DNA of 64,000 bases, from the NCBI RefSeq assembly GCF_964355755.1, contig NC_092671.1, positions 8,184,001-8,248,000 on the forward strand, in the 5' to 3' direction. Under the pieces are notes generated by a model that was given only the letters and a program-made list of their open reading frames with translations, ran no database searches and was not told the DNA's origin. A program made the translations under genes and the position numbers. Of this stretch, positions 36,033 through 48,100 are shown piece by piece; position 1 is the first letter of the stretch; the number at the start of each line of letters is the position of its first letter. This stretch comes from Antedon mediterranea (Eukaryota > Animalia > Echinodermata).

Positions 36033-39000
36033 CTGAATACAAACAATAAATCAAATATAAACAGTATATTATTAGAATCAAAATTATATAAGCAAACATA
36101 TTAGTTCATATTGTCTTGTAGCTATTAAGTAGTTGTGAACTGAAATAGAACAGGTAGCACCGAATAGTACAGTTCAGGTATACTAAATTGAATAACTGAT
36201 TGATCATTATAAATACAGTAGAAAGCGCTTCTTTGGGATACCTTACTCAGGGACTTTTTACTGTGAAACAAACAAGGGCCAATATATTTTTAAAACAAAA
36301 ACCAATACTTAATCAAGGAACACTCCTATTAAGGGACACCTTGTTGGGCCCCAAATGGGTTGTACTGTATAATGACACTATACTTCATTTTCATTTAATC
36401 TACTGTACCATCATTTCTCTGTTTTAGCACAAGGGTTTTCAGGATAGAAGTGTTACTAACTCTAATTTGGTAGTAGTGCTGCTTTGTTCAAGCGAAAGTA
36501 TTGACACTAAAACAGGTCGGAGCCCAACTAACCAAAACGATACATTTTTCACTTGCCTGTAAATAATAACAGCTAGAATACATGCTAAAGTTACAATGCC
36601 TCCTATTATTCCACCAACAATCTTTTCTCCAAGCTTCTCGACTGGAAGGAAATAAACAATATAGTAGTATATACACTTCAAGAATGTCACTAATTAGCTT
36701 GATCAATAATCTGTACATAATCAGACATCTCAATAATACAAGACACATACTGTATGTGGAACATTTAGCAAAGAATCAGAAAAATCTTCTGCAGTTTCAC
36801 ATAGCATGCATGGAAATACTTTTATGAGATTTTGTCAAATGCAATTTCATTTCATTCATACAAAATGTGTTGACTCCTAAACTGAACTGAACCTGAACTT
36901 CCATATTGAACCAAAAAAGGGTAAAAATATTGCAAAATTTAAGAATTATAATTTTTTTTCTTGGGAAACACCTAATTTTTTATATATTTTTCATATATTT
37001 AACATGGAACAAAATATTAAATATTTTTCTGAATAATATAAAAAATAGAGAGGTATTATGTAAAATCATCTTTATTCAAGACTGGAATATTACAACTTGT
37101 ATATAAAGCTTTATGATGGCTTATCCTGTAACATCTTTTTTTTAAATGTGTTTTTTTTTTGTCATTATCATAATGTTGTGACTTAGTAGTTTAAGGGATT
37201 TTTCAAATTACTTCAAATGAAATCTAATCAGCATAAAATCACCTTATTTATATTCGTTATACTCACCATAACACTGCTCAAGACTTGTAGTACCCTTATT
37301 CTTAGTTATTTGTTGATGAGGGCAGGCTTTGCAGTAAGGCGACGTATAGTTACTCTGATAATACCCTTGTCTACAAGGGCGACAAACTTCTCCGTTACTT
37401 GATGAACCCGGCGGACATGCATCTGAAACAGATAAACGAATGAGTGCGTGTTTAACTACAGACAGATTTAGATCAGGGCATAAAAGTGAGGCAACATTTG
37501 ACCAAAACTATCATACAACAAAAGTATAAAATGCTAATGAATCAGATCAGAGATGTGTTAAAATAACTGGGCTATAAAAGGTTGTGTGATATCAGACGCG
37601 TATGTTTTAAATTCAGTTAGACGATATTAGCAAATAGACATGCTACGATGAAATATTCATGTTGAAGACGAGCATATTCGGTAGCATATCTGATCAATCA
37701 TTTTATTTTGGCCAGTCGCCCGAGGTTTTGAATAAAGTTAAGACCGATGTTTAAGTTAACACATTAAATATCCTATAACCTTAACTATTACATACAAAGT
37801 CCTATATCATTTAAAAACAAATCAAATAAATTCAAGCCAAGTTCTACATCCGGGAACCCATCGCTTTGAAAGCCGGCTACTCCATCAGACACAACATGCC
37901 TAGACTGTTTAAACAACCCTACCGCATATGTATTCATGTCTTGCGTAACCTTCACGGCAAACGAAACGAACAGAATGCGTCCAACTGTTACTCATGATCT
38001 TGTAAATTTGGTTTCGTTTAGCTTTCATCTCTTCATGCTGAACAAATTCATCCAGTGAACGTAATACCTTAAAAATAAAAGTTTAAAAAAAACAATTTGT
38101 TAACAAGCTCTTTCTCTAAATTGAATTTCCATTTCATTCGTTCCTATTATATAAATTTATATAAGTACACTTCCATTAAAACTTACTTTCACACAATCAA
38201 ATGGTAATATAATGCTAGTAATAGTATTCAATAAACGTTTGTATTTTAATAAGTTAAGAAAAGATTCTAGAAAAAAAGAAATTAAATTGCAATGATATTT
38301 ACATATTTGTTTTAATTAAGAAAGATAAACAAAGAAAAACATGATAATAATGTTTTTACATAATTAACACAATAACAATTTGAAAAAAAATACATCTGAT
38401 ACTAGTCTGTAAAAGATCATTATGTATGGCTTTATGCTTATAAATTCAACTTTGTAATCAACTAATGCAGCAAATTAGAATCACCCATCCTCCCCCTTCA
38501 CCCTTTCAAGTAAACGGAATATCTGACGCTATAGCCTACTCTCTGTCTGCTCACAAAATTGCCTTGGAAATGACAGCCCTTTTCGTCTTATTACATGGCA
38601 ACGCTCAATATTCAAACTCATCGATCATCCATTACGCTCAGTTTTTCTTTTTCTGATTCTCCCGATCGCATCCCACAAACTGAGTGTCTGACGTGGTTTT
38701 TTCAGTTTCGTCCTTGAACTGCTAAATTCAGTTTGTTTAATTTGTCGGGTGGCATTTACATGATGAAAAAACTTTATTTTTAAAAAACAAATACATTACT
38801 TGTAATAATCTACTAAGAAATGATCAATAAGGGGGAGTCTTGAAACAAAAACAAATGCTTGAATGAATCGAGATTATAAGTAGAATAATGTCGCCAAGCA
38901 TAAAGACTAATTACCTATAAAAAAAACGAATGTAACAATCAAATGCAAAGACTAATCAACCATTTATATTTTTTTTATTTACAGAATGTAAAAATAAATG

Positions 39001-40488
39001 GTAATAAATTCATAGAAGACTGACAAACAACTTTCATGTTAATTCACTGTGTGCATGCAGGGAAGCGTGGAGGTACAGTTCTGGTGGTTTCCAAGTGCGA
39101 CTGAAGAAACATCTATTGACATGACCTAAACTTGTTCTTATGTCTTCGTAAATCGTAAAATTTCTATTAATTATGCACTTGTTGAATGTGTCCAGAAAAC
39201 AAAGTTAATTATTATGTTTAAAAAAAATGTTAAAAACAAACAAAAACTATGAAATCTTTGACATACTGTACGTTAGAAATACAGTATTTGTTTGTATTTA
39301 TATATAAGTTTTTTTTATCAAAATGTGTGTTTTTTTTAAATTAAAAGCTTACATACCTTTGCAACATATGACTGAAGCTGGCCAACAACACATGTAGCAT
39401 TGCATGGGAAAAACTCATGGATGACAATTTCTAGTGTAAACAAGTACTCTAACTGAAATACACTGTTGACATTTGCTCCAATAAGTTCTTGCACACGATG
39501 ACATTCCATATCAAACTTCATTACAGTGCAGCCAACCTTCAGACAGACTTTCTTTGCCAGAGAACTTAAAAACGAGTTGCGGTGTTGATAGTTTGTAGCA
39601 TGTTCGCAAGATTCAGTAAAATATGTCACAGAAATGTCACATAGAGGAGTAGCTGTTGCATACACTAATAAATGGAGAGAGAAGATAGAATTGTTCGGCA
39701 CACATACTATTCACTATCTTCCCCACACCATGAGTCAAATAGTTGTTCACTACAAGATGATCACAGTACACATGGTTGAGATATATTCAAAATATGATAA
39801 TACTACTGTATGCAGATCCTTTCACTACCAAGACAGGGAGGTTAAAATGAGAGTACAGGCATCATCCACCCTAAAGGCTTCTTTGTCTACTACAGTCAAA
39901 TCTCACAATGTACACTACCATTGTGGTTTTTGAGAAAGTTTCCCCTTCTGGTAATGAGAAAATTGATTGCACTAAAATTATGGTCACTAAAGCTCTACAT
40001 TTCCCTTAATGGAAGTGCCGTGTGAATAATGTGGTGTAAGCCCTTAGAATTTTCAACCAAATTTTTGTAGTTCTTACAGTAGAATCTTGTTCTGTCTACC
40101 AACAGAAGAAGGCATCTTCAATTTGATTTAATAAAAATAACTGCAACATTAGTAATTAGAATAATTAATGATAAAGATGGAATAATAGTAGAATTTCAGT
40201 GATAAAATTAACAACCTGTTAACAGATGCTTATATGACCTCTCTTTGTAACCACCACCAGTTATTTCGGAATAGCTGACACGACATACAAATGGCCCAGA
40301 ATCTTCCACAGCTACTTCAAAGAAATGCAGGTTTCCATTCTCGGACGGTCGGTAATGATTCTGATCCAACTTTGCACCGTTATCTCGGATCCACATAAAC
40401 TCTGGATCGATCATTACCATGCTGTTCATGATAGATGATGGGATACATGGAATGTCGTATGAACTTCCTTCTAGTGCCATCACATGAT
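34958..40488 (-). CDS. Zona pellucida-binding protein (ZPBP/Sp38)-like type I membrane protein; exons 40488-40216, 39664-39357, 38067-37923, 37422-37267, 36641-36557, 36032-34958; 5' end unresolved
   Basis: Six exons join in frame (phases 1,0,1,1,2). Ig exon has C...IDPEFMW...GNLHF...SGPFVC (ZPBP1 from memory: IDPSFQW, GSLVF, SGIYTC). Next exons VYA...C...C...ECHRV and QIYKI...CREGY match the Sp38 pattern, followed by a CPPG/CRQGYYQ repeat, a TM and a long tail. Confidence 0.85.
35520..35720 (-). repeat. Coding minisatellite, 24-bp unit (NVSHQGSH-like, about 5 good copies plus degenerate flanks)
   Basis: cattgtgacttccttggtgactta repeated on the + strand. Confidence 0.9.
36557..36641 (-). CDS. 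ZPBP-like gene, transmembrane exon
   Basis: VEKLGEKIVGGIIGGIVTLACILAVIIY; acceptor ccttccag; donor AG|gcaagt (GC donor), needed to keep frame with the last exon. Confidence 0.82.
37267..37422 (-). CDS. ZPBP-like gene, Cys-rich ephrin-receptor-like/GCC2-GCC3 repeat exon
   Basis: DACPPGSSSNGEVCRPCRQGYYQSNYTSPYCKACPHQQITKNKGTTSLEQCY; tttcag acceptor, gtgagt donor, 156 nt, phase 1-1. Confidence 0.88.
37923..39664 (-). CDS. ZPBP-like gene, Sp38-domain exons (39664-39357 and 38067-37923)
   Basis: VYATATPLCDISVTYFTESCEHATN...GCTVMKFDMECHRVQ...CNATC...YVAK joined to VLRSLDEFVQHEEMKAKRNQIYKIMSNSWTHSVRFVCREGYARHEYIC; canonical GT-AG boundaries. The second exon is absent from the ORF track. Confidence 0.82.
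40216..40488 (-). CDS. ZPBP-like gene, Ig-domain exon
   Basis: ttaccatttcag acceptor; DHVMALEGSSYDIPC...W...DSGPFVCRVSY...KHLLT; 273 nt, phase 1-1 (weak gttgtt donor). Confidence 0.85.
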
Positions 40489-40544
40489 CTGAAATGGTAA
40501 AAATTAAAATAATATCCTGTGTTATATCAAAATAAATGTAGTCG

Positions 40545-40760
40545 TGCTTAGCTTGGTGGTTAATGTGCTTGCCTTCGAATAGTAAGGCCCAAGGGTTCAA
40601 TCCTGAACTAGTGCGGGTTGTAACTCACGATTCTTTTAACTCCACTCCCTAAGCCTAAAACTTAGTTTATAAGCATAATCAATTATAAAGAAGTTTATCC
40701 ATCCTGTAATTTGCAAGTTTCTGTTGGATGTGTATGAAATTAAATATAAAATAGGAAAAA
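40545..40760 (+). mobile_element. Degenerate tRNA-derived SINE
   Basis: tagcttggtggtt A box, gggttcaatcc B box; shares aactccactccc with the 3849 family; A-rich tail. Confidence 0.6.
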
Positions 40761-42096
40761 TTAAAAATATATAATCCCCTTTAACAGTAATATATGGCGT
40801 GATATAATATGTATGGCCTTTTTAAAAAATGTTTTTATTTTAATTCTAATTTAATAGTTATATATTATTTTCAGGTAAGGTTAAGCAATGCATGTATCTT
40901 TGCCCTCTCCTAATTATTTTCTCTGGAATTTTGAAATAGAGTTTATTAATCTATTACAACTGTAACCATACCCAACCTAAGGGTATTAGAAACTATTGTT
41001 ATTCACAAAGAATTCCTCATCCTTTAAAGGAGACAAATACAACTAAGTAGTTTGTAAACCAATGTATTATGTTGAACTTATCGAAATAAAACACAGTAAA
41101 ACATCTCTCACAATCATTCCTCTTTCATCTTACAAACCAATTAATATAGATGTATCCCATCATATATATTGTTCAATATTTATAAAGGCCTCAGGATGTT
41201 CTATTGTTGTGAAAAGAAAACTGGCAATAGATCATTTTAACTCATCATTCATTAACAATGAAGGGCAAATAACTGCTACAGATTGAATGGCTAATTAATT
41301 CTGCAACAGACATTTAGTGTCCAACTGGGTTGCTTTGAATTTTACTTTCTTTAATGTACTTAAATGTTGAAGAAAAAATGTAAAAACACATGAAAAGAAA
41401 GAAGTTTAAAATAAGTGAAAAGAGACAAGAAAATGATTAAACTATTTAACGAACATCTGCTAAATTGTGATAAGTACGCTCGTATTTCTTGGCATGGTCC
41501 CATATCATTGTTCAAATATAAAAAAATATATCTTATGAAAGTCTTGTTTACGAGTTACACATAAATATGATACTTCCTGATAGAACAAAAGTTATACACC
41601 ATTGAAGTTTGTGTAAAAATAAAAAATAATTATTATCAAATAAAACAGGGTAAATAAAATGATTCATTAAAAGATTTATGGTTAAATTTAAATTTGAATG
41701 TGAACTACCATAAAAGGTTATTTAGTAAAAAGATACTGATTTACAAAAGATAAAGAACTGTAGTGTTAAGCCTTAGAATGCTAACAATATTTGAATTATC
41801 CATCATAGTTTAAACATTTGTTTTCAATGCAATAATTTTTTTATTTCAGTTATAAAGTTTTGATTAAAAATGAAAGGGTTGTAAATTAAATGTTATAAAT
41901 GTTTTAAGCATGGAATACATCTTAAAGAACATTTTACATCAAGATCTACATTTATTCAGTAAGAATTAAGACCTTCATTGTTCAATTTGAAAGCAATGAA
42001 GATAACTGTAACAGATTCACTGCCTGAAGGAAATTTTTGTTTAACTTTTCTAGTTCAATTGTCTACTGGTCTCCACTGGTTTAGCTGCGTACATAC

Positions 42097-42170
42097 TGCC
42101 CATCCACGAAACATTGCAATAAGTGAAGGAATGGAGTTAAGATTTTAAACAAGTTAAAAAAGCTCTCCAT
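42097..42170 (-). CDS. Candidate signal-peptide exon of the ZPBP-like gene (MESFFNLFKILTPFLHLLQCFVDG)
   Basis: ATG inside an exon bounded by acceptor ctacag (exon start 42214) and donor CA|gtatgt; signal-peptide-like. A possible non-coding exon donor lies at about 43367. It ends in phase 2 while the Ig exon needs phase 1, so a linking exon is missing. Confidence 0.4.
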
Positions 42171-44058
42171 TATAATAATTGGTAGCAACTAGAAGTAGGT
42201 TACTAACAGACGTCCTGTAGAATTAAATGATTTTTAATTACTTCACAGATTTTCACAACAATTTGGCAGATGTTGGTTAAATAATTTAATCTTTTTCTCA
42301 TCTCTTATCACTTATTCTAAAAAAAAAATGTATGGATTAGTTAATGACAAAATGCTAGATAATAAATCAACTACATTTCTTCCTATTTCTACTTCCTTTG
42401 GACTTCTTTCCATTATTCCATTCTCATCATTATTTATACTTCAAAATTAGTATACATTAACAATGTGTATAAAATTGTCTCAAATAAAATCACCTTTAAG
42501 GTGCCATATCTATAAATTATTTCTGTTCACCAACTACAGTATAACCCGAATTAAGAGGACACCTTATCCCTATAAAATAAGGTTGTTCAAAGTGTTAAAG
42601 ACTATATTTTCATATTTCACAGGAAAGCGTATGTCTTCTGAATAGAGGTGTCCTAAAAATGTTTAATGCTGAAATATTAATTTTCTACAGTCTTCCAAAG
42701 CCAGTTATTTCTTCAGTTTCTTATTCTTTAAAATCAATTGCATGTTTCAACTCAACAGTGATTTTGATTCTTTAAAATACAACTTTTTAGCTTTATGTAA
42801 AGAAACTTTAGATAAATGCCAAGACTTAAATATGTTTGAACAAGTTTTTGATACTGAAAATTATACTTTTAATTCATTCTCTGTTAAAACCATAGCATAC
42901 ACTTTGGATTGGTTAAATAATATAAACCAAAAGTCATCCCTTGAAGATTATTCCAAACTAAAAGAAAGTCCTAGCCTTGAGAGTTATCTTCTTGATGAAA
43001 CCAATTTCACAGGTGCAAGCTTAAAATTTAAATTAAGATCCAACACTTTAAATGTCATCTATCTTTGCTATTAATTCTCTCTTGTAAATGAATTAAACAA
43101 TACCATTCTAAAATTCCTTGTAAGTTTTCTTTTTTGTTTTTAAATTTTGCATTGTATCCAAAGGAATAACAATCATTTAATGGACTGGGCGTTTGTGGAT
43201 GGATATAGTTGATTTGGATAATAAAGCATAATTAAATAAAGTACAAAAATGTATAACAATCAAAAGTTTATTATAATAAAAATTAATACAAAAAATAAAA
43301 TATAAACTTGAAATTCATATTTAAGTGTAAATTCTGTAGTAGTTGTGTATGTCAAAGTCATACTTACTGTATGGTACTTATGTCAATAATAAGAGGGAAA
43401 TATCTTGTATGCCGCGGAGCCATCGCACAATAAGTTACATAATAACTAAATCAATACTGTCTTAATATCCTTTATAGACCATTGACCATTATAATGTACA
43501 CTGACACCGCTAGAGACGGAATACCGGCAATAGTTTAACACATGATTGCTTTTAAAAGAAGCGCAAAAGAAAACTATCTAGTTGTATGTCCTACTTTATT
43601 TGTGTAAAAAGTGGTCATTAGTTATTTTTTTCTCTCTTTTTTTCCCCTAAAATTATAAGTATGGTGAGGAGAATGAAAATAATACAAAAATCAAAATAAT
43701 GATAATGAAAATTCTTTACATTTGTGTATAATGTTCATAAATTGAAGGTGAAAATGTACTGTCATTTGAGAAGGAATGACTTTAAGACTTGATTTTACTT
43801 TCATTGTGCTGTATTTTTTACTCATATGATGCACAAAAAAGGACTCGAGTACAATATTCAAAATAAGGTCACCTCCAGGTGTCCAACAGATTTAATGGAA
43901 ATCATTATAACAACCATACTTAATTGTTTTCACATTAAACAGAGTGCAGAATAATTTCTCAAGAATATGACATCCATATATTAATTGTAAAATCGAATAT
44001 TAAGTTTTAACTATTGAAGGCTTTTCTCTATACACTTTAAGACCAAAGTGTTAGGATT

Positions 44059-45134
44059 TTAATACAGTATCAAAATGAATGGAATAACAGATAGTAAAAA
44101 AATGTATATGAAAATTGGATAAAAAAGCATGCCATTAGCAATAGCATTTTCATTAGCATGGTATGTAAACACAACAAAAGCATTAACATCGGTAGATCCG
44201 TCATTTCTGTCAAATAACTAAACACCAAGCATCCATCAAACAAAATTACACATAAATAATTCAAAATACGGAAATCAAAAGTGGTTATTTTTTGTTCCCA
44301 CTTTGTAGAAAAATTACCCAATGGGTTTTAACGTAGTAAGTTCTACAAGCATTTTAATAGGACAAATTAGGTAGTAATATTTGTAACAAAATAACATCTA
44401 ACAGTTTTGTATGCGGTGAATTGGTAAATTGTGCATATTTGTGCACCCAATCCATCAATTATTTAAAATGGTTAATATCAATGTCGGGACATTTAAATTC
44501 TGTTTACACTGATAAAGAAACTAATAAGTGTATCTATGTCAATATGTTTAATAATTATAATGCCACCATTTCTTTGAAAGAAATCAATGAATTAGAATGT
44601 ATATATTTACATTTTCATTTTTTCTTTCCATGGCATTTGCGTATATGAACAAAATCTGTATACTGAATAATTCAATAAAACAAGTAAAGTAAATATTGCA
44701 AAGCAAAATTGTTTACTAATTTTAATTAAAATGATTCTTTTTAGGCTTTTCAGCCTTTGTTACTATCTGTTTATAAGTAAAATAAGTAAAAAAAACAACA
44801 AATTTTAATTTTTTTTCTTCTTATTTTTTTTTCTATTATATTTTTTTATTTATTTTTGGATTTCGATGCAGAACTAGCTACACCGTAATGTAAACATACC
44901 TATTGTAAACAAAATAAAATTCATTCTTACCGCCTTTGTGGAAACTTTGTTCAGAAACTTGCCCGGGTGCCGGACCAGATAATTTCATAGACTTGTTGAA
45001 GTTTTCATACTCCATAAAAGGAAGTATTTCTGCCAGGTTTGTGATATCTGATTGTTGATACTTTGGCAGTACAGGTGGCATTAAAGTGCCACCTTCAAAA
45101 GAATTCAAATATTCTGTACTATATCCAGATGAAC
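44059..45134 (-). CDS. Mosaic gene: stalk exon, 25-nt microexon and terminal GPI-signal-like exon
   Basis: ...SFHKG / ELTTLKPIG / [48 protein letters not shown]. Small residues followed by a terminal hydrophobic stretch with no cytoplasmic tail. Confidence 0.7.
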
Positions 45135-48100
45135 CTATATATAAAAAAGTTTTTTATTAAACTTTCTTGGGTTATTCTCAGTTCATTCAGTTAATATTGT
45201 TTTTCTTTTTTTTTATATTTGTGTCTGTTCGTAAAATTGAATGAACTGAAATAAAAGTATTAGCTAAATTAAAATAAATATATAGTTTAAAAAGAAACAA
45301 TTTCTAAATACAATGTTAATTGGTCAGACGTTTTTTCATAATTTAACCTAGCTATCAGTGCAAGCTTGTGGTCTAGGGGTATGAACACCAGGTTCAAGTC
45401 CCAATTAAGAATTACTTGCAAATTGTCCTCAATATGTACGTAGAGTAGGGCAAACATCTGACCAATATTAATTTATCTAATTAATACTTCTGAACAAAGA
45501 CATTTTACATGTTTGGCTTGCAGTATGCTATCAAAGCCATTGGTATCCAACTTAAAAAAAACACATTTATAGGACAACTTGTTTGATTTCCGACATACCT
45601 GAGCAATCGCTTGACGGACTACCCAATGACTGGTGGAAGCAGGTACAGCCAAAGCCACCATCTCTGTTCACACAAACAGCATGCTCATGACAAGGATTTG
45701 AAGACGCACATTCATCAATGTCTGTATATTTATTTTTTTAAATAGTGATGGTTAACAAATGGACAGTAAAAGTCTGAATCCGTTTCTGCAAGGTGTGTTT
45801 TGTGTTTTCATTATCATTTTAATCTTATCTGTACAACCTTCAACCATAAGTCATCATTCCTACAATTTCATTTTCATCTGTCATAATGTGAATATGATAA
45901 AATTACAATCGTTTATTTAATATTTTGTAGTATAGTCTGGTTTGTGGTACACCACATGTTTTCAATGAGAAATGAAGTTAGGAATGTAACTTGTTTTGGT
46001 TGTGATACACAAATGCCTTCTGCAGATAATGTAAGTAAGTTTAGGTGAATAATATTACATTACATATTACATACATTAATCTGCAGTCCTAATTCATCTT
46101 TGTATATCTTTTTGTATTCAGCACATTGAATTTAATTGCAACTTACTGAGATAAGTACTAAACTACTTTCTAAAGTTATGAAGTTCATATAATGGTCCTG
46201 TTCTGGATCAATTGAGCTGGCACCAGGATTTGAACCATGCGGTAGGTAAGCAGGTAAACCACTAAGCCCCCACACTGTATTATAATATTTATTCATACTG
46301 TATCTTTTTACTTTATTTTAAATTTTTAATGTGTTTTACAAATAGATTCATCTAAAATTCATTTTAAGAGAATTTTAGAAGAAATTTAGGAGAATGTCTT
46401 GGGTAAACAAGATCAGAACAAAGACTTTGTTTAAAAAATTCACCTATGCATCTCATTCCGTCACCTTCGTAACCCCTTTTACATTCGCATCGATAATCGC
46501 CAGGCTCATTATGACAAATTGCGTTACTGTCGCAGTAGTTAGTCACCTCACATTCGTTAATATCTAAGGTGAAAGAAAGATCAGAAAAGAAATGTATCAA
46601 TGTACAAGCCATTGGATACATGTTTAACAAGCGCCTCTAGTCACAATCAAATTAAACACAAATTTGCTAAATAATTAAAAAACATCAATCATTAAATTGA
46701 ATGGTATCATTAAGCTTAACAAAAAGACTTGTGTCTACAAGGTTAGCTATTTCATCAACCTTTCAGAGTATTGTTTCACTTTTTAAGAAAAATTACAAAA
46801 CGAAAACAATAAAAATATCAAAGTGAAATTGAAAATAAATTTCTCATTGTAAAAAAAAAATCTGTGTTACCAATTTGAGCCTAGAAATTGAATTCTAGAA
46901 AACTTTTACTAGTACTGTACAATCTATATTTTGAGAACCGTTATTATAATTACTCTTTGTAAAGAAGAACAACACATAATACAATACTACAAATAAAAAA
47001 GCATATTATTCGATGTACAATACATTAATGTTTTGTGAAATTCAAAATTTTTTGTAAACATAATGTATGATAATTATTGTAGTTGTTTGTGTAAAAAGAA
47101 TAATAAAAATGATTGGCTTTATACTGCAAAAACAACAATTAAATTTATTTTGGTGATTCAATCAAAAGGTACACCAACAAATATTTGTGAATTAAAGGAA
47201 ATTGATCAAACTTATGTGAAATTTATCCCAACATTTATGAACATTATTTACATAATTATTTGGAAAGCAATTATTCTTTATCTAAAGTAATTTGATGGTT
47301 ATCAAATTCTGCCTCAATGGTGATGGGATTTTGTTTTATTGATACAAATATATTTAATCAGAATATAAACAATTATAAACAATAGGAAATGTTCACTTAA
47401 CATCACAATTTTAATTGGGTATTGATCGAATCGGGATGTAACAAAATGTACTTTAAAAGAGATGATTCTAAAATTGAACCTGATCCTATCTTAGCTCTCA
47501 CTTTAGCAACAAAATGTGTTCATACACTTTGATATTTTACTTATTTTCAGGTTTTTTAAAAACAGTAATTTATTTATTTTAATTGTTTAAAAAATACCCA
47601 AAAACATGATTTGTGTTTTTGCTGGTTTTTGTATTTTTATGAATGATTTTTTTTGTGTGGATATTTTCTGATATTTTTATTGAAATGCTACATTTTATCT
47701 TTATGTGCTACTCCTGCCACTTTGTAGTTGTTTGTTTGTTGTTGTTGTTGTTGTTGATTGGCAATAAAGAATAAGAATTTTTCCTAAAATAAAATTTTAA
47801 CTAACCTATACACATTGGTTTAAGTGAATTCCACATTCCTGTCTCCTTACACTTCAATTTGGGTGACCCATCGAGTCGGTATCCTATGTAACAGCGGAAC
47901 AAAACAGTTGACCCAAAGGAATGTGAAAGCCCAAGTATTTGACCATTGTCAAACTGACCAAGCAGCGGACAGTCAATTTCGTTGCACTGTGCACCATCCC
48001 CATGAAATCCTTCTAAACATGTACAAGTGTACGCGCCATCGGTATTAGTACACTGTGCATTTTCGTTGCAGTTATTATTTTCTATGCATTCGTCAATATC

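Noticed and set aside
35080-36104. Overlapping ORFs 35080-35280, 35485-35841, 35525-35746, 35739-36104
   Set aside because: Shadow frames of the real minus-strand exon and its 24-bp repeat.
3231-36205. Scattered single TGATTGAT Pbx/Hox 8-mers (e.g. 3231, 11522, 14934, 29718, 36197)
   Set aside because: Number is close to chance expectation for AT-rich DNA and several lie in (GAT)n tracts.
40972-40976. 5-nt microexon GTTGG that would bridge the phase-2 signal exon to the phase-1 Ig exon
   Set aside because: The frame fits (cccttag|GTTGG|gtatgg) but such short matches arise by chance; needs junction reads.
42742-43074. 110-aa plus-strand ORF between the two minus-strand genes
   Set aside because: AT-rich, no recognisable motif or splice context; at most a decayed retroelement fragment.
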